This document shows positions 29,129 through 39,233 of a stretch of DNA of 64,000 nucleotides, piece by piece. This DNA is from Myxococcota bacterium (GTDB taxonomy: Bacteria; Myxococcota_A; UBA796; CAJQPC01), in the NCBI GenBank assembly GCA_036229005.1, contig JAZAMN010000052.1, positions 256,001 through 320,000 of the forward strand, in the 5' to 3' direction. Both the position numbers and the translations under genes were made by a program. The notes under the pieces were generated by a model that was not told the DNA's origin, searched no databases, and saw only the letters and a list, made by a program, of their open reading frames with translations. The stretch's first letter is position 1. Each line of letters opens with the position of its first letter.

Positions 29129-30927
29129 ACATCGAGCGGATCCGCAACTTCGCCATCATCGCCCACATCGACCACGGCAAGAGCACCCTGGCCGACCGCC
29201 TCATCGAGCGGACCGGGCTGCTCTCGCAGCGGGAGATGAAGGACCAGTACCTGGACAAGATGGAGCTGGAGCGGGAGCGCGGCATCACGATCAAGGCCCA
29301 GACCTGCGTGCTCAAGTACAAGGCGCAGGACGGCAATGAGTACCTGCTCAACCTCATCGACACCCCAGGACATGTGGACTTCAACTACGAGGTCAGCCGC
29401 TCCCTGAGCGCATGCGAGGGGGTGCTGCTGGTCGTGGACGCGGCCCAGGGGGTCGAGGCCCAGACTCTTGCGAACGTCTACCTGGCCCTGGACCACGATC
29501 TGGAGATGATCCCGGTCCTCAACAAGATCGATCTGCCCGGCGCCGAGCCCGAGCGCGTCCTGGAGCAGATCGAGGACGGCATCGGCCTGGACACGGAGCA
29601 CCACGTCCGGACCAGCGCCAAGACCGGCATCGGCATCGACGAGGTCCTGGAGGCCGTCGTTCGCCACATCCCGCCTCCCTCTGGGGAGGACCGCGAGGCC
29701 CCGCTCCAGGCGCTGATCGTGGACTCCTGGTTCGACACCTACGTCGGGGTGATCTGCCTGGTCCGGGTCAAGAGCGGCCGGGTGGCCAAGGGCGACAAGA
29801 TCCGCATGATGGCCACCGGCGCCGAGCACGACGTCACGCAGGTCGGTGTGTTCGCCCCCGAGGCCCTGGAGACTCAGGTGCTGGAGGCCGGCGAGGTGGG
29901 CTTCATCATCGCGTCGATCAAGCAGCTCGAGGACGCCCGCGTCGGTGACACCATCACCACGCAGCGAGGTGGAGCCACCGAGCCGCTGCCCGGCTTCCAG
30001 GAGGTCAAGCCCATGGTGTTCGCCGGGATCTACCCGGTGGACTCCGGCGACTACAACGACCTGCGCGACGCGCTGGACAAGCTCTCGCTGAACGACGCCT
30101 CCATGAGCTTTGAGCCGGAGACCTCGGACGCGCTGGGCTTTGGCTTCCGGCTGGGCTTCCTGGGGCTGCTGCACATGGAGATCATCCAGGAGCGCCTTGA
30201 GCGCGAGTACGACCTGGACCTCATCACCACGGCGCCCAGCGTGATCTACGAGGTGGAGCAGAAGGACGGCACCGTGGAGAGCGTCCACAGCCCCTCCAGG
30301 ATGCCGCCCTTGGGCAAGATCAAGGAGATCCGCGAGCCCATCGCCCGGGTCACCATCCACGTGCCGGACGAGCACGTGGGGGCAGCCCTCAAGCTCTGTC
30401 AGGAGCGCCGAGGCATCCAGATCGGCTTCGAGGTGCCGAGCCCCGGGCGGAACGTCATCAGCTACGACATTCCCTACGCCGAGATCGTCTACGACTTCTT
30501 CGACCGCCTCAAGAGCGTGACCCGCGGCTACGCCTCGATGGACTACGAGGTCGCCCGGTGGGAGCCCAGCGATCTCGTGCGCCTGGACATCCTCCTCAAC
30601 GGCGACGCCGTCGACGCGCTGTCGGTCATCGTCCACCGCTCCAAGAGCCAGTGGCAGGGCCGAGAGCTGTGCCGGAAGCTCAAGGAGTTCATCCCCCAGC
30701 AGATGTACGAAGTCGCCATCCAGGCGGCCATCTCGTCCAAGGTGGTGGCCCGCTCCACGGTCAAGGCGCGCCGAAAGGACGTGACCGCCAAGTGCTACGG
30801 CGGTGACATCAGCCGCAAGCGCAAGCTGCTGGAGAAGCAGAAGAAGGGCAAGAAGCGCATGAAGGCCGTCGGCTCGGTCGAGGTGCCGCAGGAGGCCTTC
30901 CTCAGCGTGCTCAAGGTCGGGGAGTAG
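29125..30927 (+). CDS. lepA: Elongation factor 4 (LepA)
   Basis: [56 protein letters not shown]. Confidence 0.98.
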   Translation: MNIERIRNFAIIAHIDHGKSTLADRLIERTGLLSQREMKDQYLDKMELERERGITIKAQTCVLKYKAQDGNEYLLNLIDTPGHVDFNYEVSRSLSACEGVLLVVDAAQGVEAQTLANVYLALDHDLEMIPVLNKIDLPGAEPERVLEQIEDGIGLDTEHHVRTSAKTGIGIDEVLEAVVRHIPPPSGEDREAPLQALIVDSWFDTYVGVICLVRVKSGRVAKGDKIRMMATGAEHDVTQVGVFAPEALETQVLEAGEVGFIIASIKQLEDARVGDTITTQRGGATEPLPGFQEVKPMVFAGIYPVDSGDYNDLRDALDKLSLNDASMSFEPETSDALGFGFRLGFLGLLHMEIIQERLEREYDLDLITTAPSVIYEVEQKDGTVESVHSPSRMPPLGKIKEIREPIARVTIHVPDEHVGAALKLCQERRGIQIGFEVPSPGRNVISYDIPYAEIVYDFFDRLKSVTRGYASMDYEVARWEPSDLVRLDILLNGDAVDALSVIVHRSKSQWQGRELCRKLKEFIPQQMYEVAIQAAISSKVVARSTVKARRKDVTAKCYGGDISRKRKLLEKQKKGKKRMKAVGSVEVPQEAFLSVLKVGE

Positions 30928-31505
30928 TGGCGGAGGCCAAGGGCCGGAGCTGGCCCCTGTGGGCGGCGGTCGGCGCCCTGGTGACCTCGCTTGCGCTGCG
31001 GCGCTTTGTGTTTGGTCTGGTGACCATCCAGACCGGAAGTATGCAGCCCAACCTGAGGCCACAGCAGACCCTCCTCTACTCCAAGACCAGAGCGGCAGAG
31101 CCCGGAGATGTGGTCGTCCTGGAGCTCCCGTGGGAGCCTGGAGTGCTGCATGTCAAGCGCTTGGTGGCCCAAGGGCCCGGCGAGGTGGAGCTGGCCGATG
31201 GTCGGCTCTACCTGTCTGGGGAGCCCGTGTTCGTGGACCGGGACGTCGATGTGCCCTGGCGCTCAGAGGACTGCCGGTCGGAGCTCGGGAGGGGGCACCG
31301 GGAGCGGATCGGGGAGGAGGAGTGGCTGGTGCTTGGGGGAGGGGATCACGCCCGCACCCCTCTGAAGGCTGGGGAGGTCTGGGTCCTGGGTGACCGCCGT
31401 GGCCGGAGCGAGGACAGCGGGCAGTGGGGACCGATCCCCGCCTCGGCGCTGCGCGGTACAGTGATCACAGCGGTCTGGGACTCGGGCCGGTGCGAGGGAG
31501 AGTGA
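30927..31505 (+). CDS. lepB: Signal peptidase I (S26), short and divergent
   Basis: Ser-Lys dyad in GSMQPNL and HVKRLVA; box E GDRRGRSEDS; follows lepA. Confidence 0.8.
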   Translation: MAEAKGRSWPLWAAVGALVTSLALRRFVFGLVTIQTGSMQPNLRPQQTLLYSKTRAAEPGDVVVLELPWEPGVLHVKRLVAQGPGEVELADGRLYLSGEPVFVDRDVDVPWRSEDCRSELGRGHRERIGEEEWLVLGGGDHARTPLKAGEVWVLGDRRGRSEDSGQWGPIPASALRGTVITAVWDSGRCEGE

Positions 31506-31912
31506 TGATCCGCAGAGCGAAGGGCAGGGCAGGCGACATTGACCTTGGGAAGGTCTTCTTCCTGCTCGTGTTCGCCAGCCTGGGCTACCTGGGCTGGGCC
31601 TTTCTGCCGGCCTACTACTCGGAGTTCCAGATGGGGCAGGCCGTCCAGGAGTCGATCCTGGACTGGCGCGACCGGGGGAGCATGGTCAAGGCGCAGGACA
31701 CGCTGGAGCGCCGGATGGAGTACCACGGCGTCCCCGACTACGTCTGGCCCCAGGACTGCGAGTTCTATGAGCAGCTCAGCGAGCGCCACGTGGACTGCTA
31801 CTGGGTCGTGGAGATCACCTACCCTCTGACCCAGAAGACGACGGAGCTGGAGTTCTCCGTCCACAAATACCTGGATCGGGGCGACCTGCTCCACGACGCT
31901 GAGGAGGACTGA
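31505..31912 (+). CDS. DUF4845-like single-pass membrane protein
   Basis: Basic N-terminus ending G, hydrophobic helix, then P.Y; position after lepA-lepB. Confidence 0.5.
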   Translation: MIRRAKGRAGDIDLGKVFFLLVFASLGYLGWAFLPAYYSEFQMGQAVQESILDWRDRGSMVKAQDTLERRMEYHGVPDYVWPQDCEFYEQLSERHVDCYWVVEITYPLTQKTTELEFSVHKYLDRGDLLHDAEED

Positions 31913-32460
31913 TGGCTGAGACCGAGGTGCTGGCGAACGCGCCCAGGGTGGACGCTCTGATCCAGGAGATGGCGCAGCAGATCCGGGCCATGGGGGATCA
32001 CCAGCTCGCGCTGGTCGGGATCCACACCGGCGGCGTGCCCTTGGCGAACCGACTCGCGGACGCGCTGGAGGCCTTGGGCGCTCCCCGTCCGTTGCTCGGG
32101 GAGACCGACATCACGCTCTACCGGGACGACCTCTACACCGGGCTGGAGAAGCCAAGCCTGGGCGTGACGCGCCTGCCCTTCTCCGTGGACGGGGCCCGAG
32201 TGCTGCTCGTGGATGATGTCCTGTTCACGGGCCGAACCGTGCGCGCCGCCGTCGACCTGCTCATGGACTATGGGCGCCCCGCGTGGATCCGCTTGGCCGT
32301 GCTCGTGGACCGCGGTCATCGGGAGCTGCCGATCGCCGCTGACATCGTCGGGATGCGCATCGAGACGGAACTTGCCGATCGGGTGACGGTTGCCTTCGCA
32401 GAGACGGAGGGCCGTCCGGACGAGATAGCCATCCAGCGCCGCGCATCCCCCGGCGCCTGA
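31912..32460 (+). CDS. pyrR: PyrR (pyrimidine regulatory protein / uracil phosphoribosyltransferase)
   Basis: DITLYRDD, VDDVLFTGRTVRAA, LVDRGHRELPI. Confidence 0.95.
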   Translation: MAETEVLANAPRVDALIQEMAQQIRAMGDHQLALVGIHTGGVPLANRLADALEALGAPRPLLGETDITLYRDDLYTGLEKPSLGVTRLPFSVDGARVLLVDDVLFTGRTVRAAVDLLMDYGRPAWIRLAVLVDRGHRELPIAADIVGMRIETELADRVTVAFAETEGRPDEIAIQRRASPGA

Positions 32461-32471
32461 GCGGAGGATCA

Positions 32472-33401
32472 GTGAGACGCAAGGATTTGTTGGGCCTCAG
32501 AGACGTGCCCAAGGAGGAGATCCTGGAGATCCTGGAGACGGCCTCTCGTTTCCGCGAGGTCTCCAAGCGCCGCATCAAGAAGGTGCCGACCCTTCGGGGG
32601 CGCACCGTGGTCACCCTGTTCTTTGAGAACAGCACGCGGACCAAGGTGAGCTTCGATCTGGCGGCCAAGCGTCTGAGCGCGGATGGCGTCCACATCTCCG
32701 CGGGGACCAGCTCGACCAAGAAGGGCGAGACCCTGATGGACACCGCCCGGAACATCGACGCGATGGCGCCGGATCTGGTGATCATGCGGCACAGCGCAGC
32801 GGGGGCGCCGCACCTGCTCGCCCGGAGCTTTGACTTCTCGGTCATCAACGCGGGCGACGGGATCAACGAGCACCCCACTCAAGCCCTGCTGGACATGCTC
32901 ACCATGCAGGACCACCTGGGGAGCCTGGAGGGCAAGACCATCGCCATTGTGGGCGACGTCTACCACTCGCGGGTCGCGCGCTCGAACATCTACGGCCTGC
33001 GGACCATGGGGGCCAGGGTCCTTCTGGCTGGCCCGGGCACCATGTGCAGGCCTGAGATGGAGCGCCCTGGTGTTGAGGTCCGACACCGCGTGGATGAGGT
33101 GCTGGAGGAGGCGGACGCGGTGATGATGCTCCGGATCCAGCGGGAGCGCCTGCCCCGGGCGATGCTGCCCACCAGCCGCGAGTATGCGCACCTGTACGGC
33201 CTCGACCAGAAGAAGCTCGCCCGCGCCAGCGAGCGGGTCCTGATCATGCACCCCGGCCCCATCAACCGGGGCGTGGAGCTCACGCCGGATGTCGCCGATG
33301 GCGAGCGCTCGGTGATCATGGAGCAGGTCACCAACGGCGTCGCTGTGCGCATGGCGCTGCTCTTCTTGCTGCTTGGAGGCGGCGATGACGCTGCTGCTTG
33401 A
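32472..33401 (+). CDS. pyrB: Aspartate carbamoyltransferase catalytic subunit
   Basis: FFENSTRT, NAGDG..EHPTQALLD, HSRVARS, LRIQRER, MHPGPINRG. Confidence 0.97.
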   Translation: MRRKDLLGLRDVPKEEILEILETASRFREVSKRRIKKVPTLRGRTVVTLFFENSTRTKVSFDLAAKRLSADGVHISAGTSSTKKGETLMDTARNIDAMAPDLVIMRHSAAGAPHLLARSFDFSVINAGDGINEHPTQALLDMLTMQDHLGSLEGKTIAIVGDVYHSRVARSNIYGLRTMGARVLLAGPGTMCRPEMERPGVEVRHRVDEVLEEADAVMMLRIQRERLPRAMLPTSREYAHLYGLDQKKLARASERVLIMHPGPINRGVELTPDVADGERSVIMEQVTNGVAVRMALLFLLLGGGDDAAA

Positions 33402-34632
33402 GGGCGGACGCCTGGTCTGCACCGAGACCGGCCTGGACCGCCAGGGGGACCTCTGGGTCCAGGACGGCCGCATCTCCACGACCGCTCCTTCGCAGGAGGT
33501 GGACGAGGTGATCGACTGCCGCGGGCTGGTCGTCACCCCCGCGCTGGTCGATCTGGATACCCGCCTCAGCGACCCGGGCTTGACCTGGCGCGAGGACATG
33601 GGGACCGCCGGACAGGCCGCGATCCGGGGGGGATTCACCACCCTGCTGGCGAGTCCGGAGGCCGATCCCGTCACCGATGGGCCCGCGCTGGTCCGGGAGC
33701 TGCTCAGCCGCTCGGAGCGGGAGTGCCCGGTGCAGGTCCTCTCCGCCGCTGCGCTGACCTGCAAGCTGGAGGGCAAGGATCTCGCTGAGTTGGGCCTGAT
33801 GCTTGAGGCGGGCGCCGCCGTCCTCTCCAACGCGCAGCGCCTCGTGACCGACAGCCTCGTGCTCCGGAATGCGCTCCTCTATGCGCGCCCCTTCGACCGT
33901 CCCGTGCTGCTGCGGGCGGGGGACGCGGAGCTCGAATCCGTCGCCGTCATGCATGAAGGCGAGTACTCCGCGCTGGCTGGCCTCCGGGGGCTTCCCGCCG
34001 CCGCAGAGGAGCTCGGGATGGCGCGGCTCATCGCGCTGGCCCGCTACACCGGGACGCACATCCACGTCCTGGGGGTCAGCACCGCGCTGGCCGTCGAGCA
34101 GCTCCGTCGGGCCAAGGCCGAGGGCGTGAACATCTCCGGCTCCACCACCGCGCTGCACTGCCTTTTGGAGGACCGGGAGGTCCTGGAGTCCGGCTACGAC
34201 AGCAACACCCGCCTGAACCCTCCGCTGCGTTCCGCCTCCGACCGGGAGGCCGTCTGCCGGGGCCTGGTGGACGGGACCCTGTTGGGGGCAGCCTCTGCGC
34301 ACAGCCCCCTCACGCGGGTCGAGAAGGAGCTGGAGTACGCCTACGCCGAGCCGGGAGCGCTGGGCCTGGAGACCGCCCTCGGGGCGCTCCTGTCCGTGGT
34401 GGATCTCCGGGTGGCGCTCAGGGCGCTGTCTTCGGGGCCGGCGCGGCTCCTGGGTCTGCAGCGGGCGCTGGTCGATGGTGCGCCCGCCGAGCTCGTGGCC
34501 TTCGACCCCTCCGAGTCCTGGACGGTGGACCCCCAGCAGTCCCGGTCACGCTCCCGGAATGAGCCCCTCGCTGGCCGCTCTCTGCCCGGCAACATCCAGG
34601 TCGTCGTCCATCAAGGGCGGCGCGTCCTCTGA
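33385..34632 (+). CDS. pyrC: Dihydroorotase-like protein, probably inactive PyrC'
   Basis: Class I DHOase fold (GGFTT, NPPLR, GLET) but DLDTRL for DxHxH, HVLGVS for HxxHxS, ASAHSP for xDHAP. Confidence 0.85.
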   Translation: MTLLLEGGRLVCTETGLDRQGDLWVQDGRISTTAPSQEVDEVIDCRGLVVTPALVDLDTRLSDPGLTWREDMGTAGQAAIRGGFTTLLASPEADPVTDGPALVRELLSRSERECPVQVLSAAALTCKLEGKDLAELGLMLEAGAAVLSNAQRLVTDSLVLRNALLYARPFDRPVLLRAGDAELESVAVMHEGEYSALAGLRGLPAAAEELGMARLIALARYTGTHIHVLGVSTALAVEQLRRAKAEGVNISGSTTALHCLLEDREVLESGYDSNTRLNPPLRSASDREAVCRGLVDGTLLGAASAHSPLTRVEKELEYAYAEPGALGLETALGALLSVVDLRVALRALSSGPARLLGLQRALVDGAPAELVAFDPSESWTVDPQQSRSRSRNEPLAGRSLPGNIQVVVHQGRRVL

Positions 34633-34804
34633 GCGGGTGCGCCAGCCGGCTGGCGTGATACCTTAGAGCGCTCGAACAGCGGCGCTCCAGCCGCCCTCGT
34701 CTTCAAGCGTCCTCTCGGCTGCCTCGCGGCCAAGCGGCCCCCACGGCGTCAGCCGGCTGGGATGGCCCGGGGCGTAAAACCCAAGATTCAAAGGTTCTTC
34801 TCGA

Positions 34805-35281
34805 ATGCAGCGCAGCCCAATCACCCCCGAAGGACACGCTCGCCTCTCCGCGGAGCTCAAGCACGCCAAGAGCGTCGAGCGGCCCGCCGTCGTCAAGCAG
34901 ATCGAGGAGGCCCGTGCCCACGGAGACCTGAGCGAGAACGCTGAGTACGACGCCGCCAAGGAGAAGCAGGGCATGCTCGAGGCCCGCATCAAGTGGCTGG
35001 AGCACCTGCTCGCCACGGCCGAGGTCATCGACATCCTGGAGATGCCCAAGAGCGAGCGCGTGATCTTCGGCACCACCGTGACCCTGGTGGACCTGGACAC
35101 CGAGGACGAGGTCGCGTACCGCATCGTCTCCGACTACGAGGCCGACGTGAAGGAGGGCAAGATCAGCTACTCCTCTCCCATCGGGCGAGCGGTCATCGGC
35201 AAGAGCGAGGGCGATGAGGTTCGCGTGGAGACCCCCAAGGGCGTGCGCAACCTGGAGATCGCTGAGGTCGAGTACAAGTAG
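34805..35281 (+). CDS. greA: Transcription elongation factor GreA
   Basis: ARAHGDLSENAEYDAAKE, IS..SPIGRA.IGK. Confidence 0.97.
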   Translation: MQRSPITPEGHARLSAELKHAKSVERPAVVKQIEEARAHGDLSENAEYDAAKEKQGMLEARIKWLEHLLATAEVIDILEMPKSERVIFGTTVTLVDLDTEDEVAYRIVSDYEADVKEGKISYSSPIGRAVIGKSEGDEVRVETPKGVRNLEIAEVEYK

Positions 35282-35289
35282 GAGCCGCC

Positions 35290-37854
35290 ATGTCCGAGGC
35301 ACACCACGGCTCCGAGCTGGGGGTGTCGGTGGACGCTGCGGCCGAGGCGAGCGCCCAGAGCGCCGGTCTCCTGCAGCGCGCCGAACGCACCCTGACCCGG
35401 GCCCTCAGCGACGATGGCCTGAACCTCTGGCGCTACCGCTGGTTGGAGCGTTTGCTGCGTCCCATGCTGGCCCAGGTGCTGGCCGAGCAGCCCCTTCATC
35501 CCGGTTGGGTGCACGTGCGCGCCGCGGACCTGGCTCTGGTCGGGGTGGATGAGCTGCCCTGGTCCCAGCGAGCCGCCTGCGCCAAGGCCGCGCTGCTCTG
35601 CATCCAGGCGGCGCGGACCAGCGGGCCCGAGCAGGATGCGCCCAAGGAGAAGGGGGAGTGGATCGTCCTGCCCGAGCTCCCCGAGGCCCCACCTCCTGAG
35701 CCGGTGAACACCCCGGACACCCCGACACCCCAGCCCGCAGGCGAGGACACCGAGTCCGAGCCCGCACAGCCCCTGGGGGCACCGGGAGCCACCGGTAAGC
35801 CCGTGCTCAGCCTGGATGGCTGCAGCGATGACCTCGCCGAGCGCCTCGGTGAGCAGGGCATCGAGACCATCGCGGACCTGCTCTCCCTGATGCCGGAGGA
35901 GCACCAGATCCTCAGCCTCCACGAAGCGGACACCCCCCTTGAAGAGGGCCCGAGCGTCGCGCTGCGCGGCGTGATCAAGGCCACGGCCGTCCGCTACCTG
36001 GCCGGAACCCGGCGCGAGGAAGCCGCGCTGGACATCGGCGACCGCGTGGTCCGCTGCACCTGGATGGGGCCTCGGCCTCAAGCTGTTCAGGTCGGGGCGG
36101 AGCTCGTGCTCGCTGGGGAGCTGGAGTTGGTGGAGGACGGAGCAGTCCTCTTCGAGCCCATGGACTGGCGCCTCGGTCGCCGCGAAGACCTCCGCCGCCC
36201 CCTCTACGGACTGGACACGGTCGAGGACGTCGAGATCTGGAGCCTCCAGCGCGAGGCCCTGGATCGCTACGCAGGCAGCTTGCTGGATCCGCTCCCCGAG
36301 AACCTCGTCCGCGAGTTCCGGCTGCAGCCCCTGGAGCAGGCCCTGGAGGACCGGCATCGGCCCATCGGGACCCTCCGTAGCACCCAGATCCGCCCCGCGT
36401 TCGAAGAGCTGATGGTTCACCAGCTCTCGGCCGCCTCTCGCCAGAAGACCCGCCTCCGCGGCATCGCGCACGCCATCCAGCACGAGGCGCTCTCGCGCTA
36501 CCAGATCGAGAGTCGGCTGACCTTGGGCGATGCTCAGGAGCTGGCCTTTGACGAGATCCGGCGCGACCTGCGTCGCAGCACCGCGATGACCCGCTTGCTC
36601 CAGGGCGACGTCGGCTCGGGCAAGAGCCACATCGCGCTGATGGCAGCCTTGCTCGTGGCGGAGACGCGCGCTCAGGTGTGCTTCTTGGGGCCCAGCGACA
36701 TCGCCGCGGAGCACCGCTACCTCTTCGCGGAGCCCCTGCTGCGGGCCGCCGGGCTCGTTCCCCAGTTGGTCACCGGCCAGCCCTCCCTGGCGCAGGCCGA
36801 CGCGATCCGCCGGGGCGAGACCCACGCCATCTTCGCCACCCACGCCCTGCTGGAGGACTTCCCGGAGTTCAAGAAGCTGGGCCTCGTGATCGTCGAAGAG
36901 CGCGACCAGTTCGGTGTCTGCGACCGAGCAGTGCTCAGCCAGAAGGGCGTGAACCCGGATCTTCTGGTGGTCACCAGCGTGCCCATTCCGCTGAGCCTCA
37001 CCTTCACGCTCTTCTCCGATCACGACCTCAGCGTGCTCCGGGAGCCCCAGCCTCAGTACGTCCAGACCCGCGTCAGCGGCCCTGACCAGCGGGAGCGCGT
37101 CTACCAGCGTGTCCGCGAGGAGCTGGAGCTCGGCCGCCAGGCCTACGTTGTGTTCCCCACCAAGGGGGAGAAGGATCTGCTGGACCTGCACAGCGCACGT
37201 CAGCTCACCGAGGCGCTGGCCAAGGAGGCCTTCCCGGGCGCGCGGCTCGCGCTCTACCACGGCAACATGGGCCGCGAGGAGCGCTTCCGGGTGTTCGAGG
37301 ACTTCCAGCGCCGCCGCATCGACGTGCTGGTCTGCACCACCACCATTGAAGATGCCCCCGAGGTCGCGAACGCCACCGCCATGATGGTGGACCACGCGGA
37401 TCGCTACGGGCTCGTGCGCCTGCACAGACTCCGGGGCCACGTCGCCCAGGGGCGCAGCGCCGGCCACTGCGAGTTCGTGCTCACCGCCCAGCCCTCGACC
37501 GAAGGCAAGGCCGTGGTGGACCTCGTGGCCGCCGAGCAGGATGGCTTCGCGATCGCCGAGAAGGACCGGGAGGCCCGAGGCGATGCTGCGCTCCTGGCTG
37601 GCCGAGAGGACGCGCTCCCCGACTTCCGCTTCGCCGACCCCATCCGCGATCGCTCGCTGCTGCTCAAGGCCCGCCGGGCCGCGTTGGGGTTGTTGAACAC
37701 CGACCCGCAGCTTCGCCAGCGCAACCACCGGGGCCTGCTGCGGCTGCTTCGGGAGTACGACCTGGAGTTCGGCGGTTCACCCGTCAGTGACTCAAGCTCA
37801 GCGCGCGGCAAGCGCACCCGAGGCCGCCGTCGCCGCAGGCGCAGGAGGAAGTAG
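35290..37854 (+). CDS. recG: RecG-like protein with degenerate helicase motifs
   Basis: RLLQGDVGSGKS, THAL, GRQAYVV.P, HG.M, DGF.IAE.D; motifs II, III, V and VI altered. Confidence 0.8.
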   Translation: MSEAHHGSELGVSVDAAAEASAQSAGLLQRAERTLTRALSDDGLNLWRYRWLERLLRPMLAQVLAEQPLHPGWVHVRAADLALVGVDELPWSQRAACAKAALLCIQAARTSGPEQDAPKEKGEWIVLPELPEAPPPEPVNTPDTPTPQPAGEDTESEPAQPLGAPGATGKPVLSLDGCSDDLAERLGEQGIETIADLLSLMPEEHQILSLHEADTPLEEGPSVALRGVIKATAVRYLAGTRREEAALDIGDRVVRCTWMGPRPQAVQVGAELVLAGELELVEDGAVLFEPMDWRLGRREDLRRPLYGLDTVEDVEIWSLQREALDRYAGSLLDPLPENLVREFRLQPLEQALEDRHRPIGTLRSTQIRPAFEELMVHQLSAASRQKTRLRGIAHAIQHEALSRYQIESRLTLGDAQELAFDEIRRDLRRSTAMTRLLQGDVGSGKSHIALMAALLVAETRAQVCFLGPSDIAAEHRYLFAEPLLRAAGLVPQLVTGQPSLAQADAIRRGETHAIFATHALLEDFPEFKKLGLVIVEERDQFGVCDRAVLSQKGVNPDLLVVTSVPIPLSLTFTLFSDHDLSVLREPQPQYVQTRVSGPDQRERVYQRVREELELGRQAYVVFPTKGEKDLLDLHSARQLTEALAKEAFPGARLALYHGNMGREERFRVFEDFQRRRIDVLVCTTTIEDAPEVANATAMMVDHADRYGLVRLHRLRGHVAQGRSAGHCEFVLTAQPSTEGKAVVDLVAAEQDGFAIAEKDREARGDAALLAGREDALPDFRFADPIRDRSLLLKARRAALGLLNTDPQLRQRNHRGLLRLLREYDLEFGGSPVSDSSSARGKRTRGRRRRRRRRK

Positions 37855-37871
37855 GCCCCCCGGGGCGGGCG

Positions 37872-39233
37872 TCAGGGGACCAAGCCCAGGCGCTCGGCCC
37901 AGTCCGTGGGCAGCTCCAGGGCCTGGAACTCCGAGAAGGAGGGGAAGGCCGGGTGGGTGTGGACCACCAGGGCCCACCCAAGCACCATCGCCGGGTAGAC
38001 CCACACGGGCGCCGGCTTCCTGGGTCCCAACGAGGACAGGCTGAGCAGGGCCAGGTAGCAGCCCTCGAAGAACACCTCGGGCGTCGCGAGGCGCCAGAGG
38101 CCCGGGAGCAGGCGCAGGCCCATGTAGACGGGGTTCCAGACCCCCTGGGGCTTGGGGCCCAGCGCCAGCAGGAACAGCAAGGCGGCGGTCAGGGAGAGGC
38201 CCTGAACCAGTGGCTTGTGGCGCTGTCGCCAGGCCACGCCCAGGCCCAGGCCGATCAGCGGGAGGTTCAAGGCCCGCCACACCTCCAGTCGGTTCCACTG
38301 GGGCGGCCAGAGGCTGAAGGTGTCGAGCATCGCGCGCTCGTACAGGTAGGCGTCGGGGTCGGCCAGCTTCCCCTCCACGCCGGAGAGCAGCGCGGCTTGG
38401 TAGGCGCCAAGGGGCAGTACGACGGCGGCCGAGCCGAGAACGGCGATGGCCAGGTCCCGGGTGCGGCCTCTGGGGATCCAGCTCCGGTCACGCGCCCACG
38501 CCGGAAGGAGCAGGGTCGCGGCGCCGATACCGCCCACCAGGGCCAGGTAGAGGTTGTCCAGAGCCATCAGGCCAAAGAGCAAGGGGGCGAGGGCGCGGTA
38601 GCGGCCGCCGTGCCGGTGGCTGCGGAGCAGGGACCACGCATAGAGCGCGAGCAGGGCGACCGAGGTCTTCTCGATGGTGTGCCAGTTCAGGTCGCGGAAC
38701 ACGTGGAGGCCCATGCCGAAGGGCATTGCGAAGGGGACCGCCGTGCGCCAGCTCCCGGAGAGCTCGCGGAGCAGGAGCGCTGCAGCGAACCAGCCCAGGG
38801 TGGGCCAGAGGATGGCCTGGGCGTTGATGGGCCCGTAGCCGTCCAGGAAGAGGTCAAACAGCGCCGTGACCCAGTGGTGGCCGGCGTGCACGCCGATCAG
38901 CCGCACCGCCGGGTCCTCGAGGGCCTGCATCGGGTGCAGGTACAGGGTCTCGTGCACGCCCAGGGCGTAGAACTGGATCTGCCCGGCCTTGTCCGGGGTG
39001 GGGAAGGCGCCGTACACGCCCCGCTCCAACACCGCCGCGAGGGGGGCGGTCAGGACGATGACCTGCCCCAGGATGAAGGCGAGTGCCCGGGCTGGCTGAG
39101 GGAGCCGCTGGACCCAGGCCAGGGCGCTGAGCGCAAGCCCGAGCACCACGCAGACCAGATACAGCGGCCAGGCCTCGGACAGTGGCAGCTCCAGGGGGAG
39201 CTGGCGCGGGTCGACGGGAGGTCCATACTGCAC
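37872..39233 (-). CDS. Polytopic membrane protein, possibly a GT-C-like glycosyltransferase
   Basis: About ten hydrophobic segments with extracytoplasmic loops; family assignment weak. Confidence 0.55.
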   Translation of the reverse strand: MQYGPPVDPRQLPLELPLSEAWPLYLVCVVLGLALSALAWVQRLPQPARALAFILGQVIVLTAPLAAVLERGVYGAFPTPDKAGQIQFYALGVHETLYLHPMQALEDPAVRLIGVHAGHHWVTALFDLFLDGYGPINAQAILWPTLGWFAAALLLRELSGSWRTAVPFAMPFGMGLHVFRDLNWHTIEKTSVALLALYAWSLLRSHRHGGRYRALAPLLFGLMALDNLYLALVGGIGAATLLLPAWARDRSWIPRGRTRDLAIAVLGSAAVVLPLGAYQAALLSGVEGKLADPDAYLYERAMLDTFSLWPPQWNRLEVWRALNLPLIGLGLGVAWRQRHKPLVQGLSLTAALLFLLALGPKPQGVWNPVYMGLRLLPGLWRLATPEVFFEGCYLALLSLSSLGPRKPAPVWVYPAMVLGWALVVHTHPAFPSFSEFQALELPTDWAERLGLVP

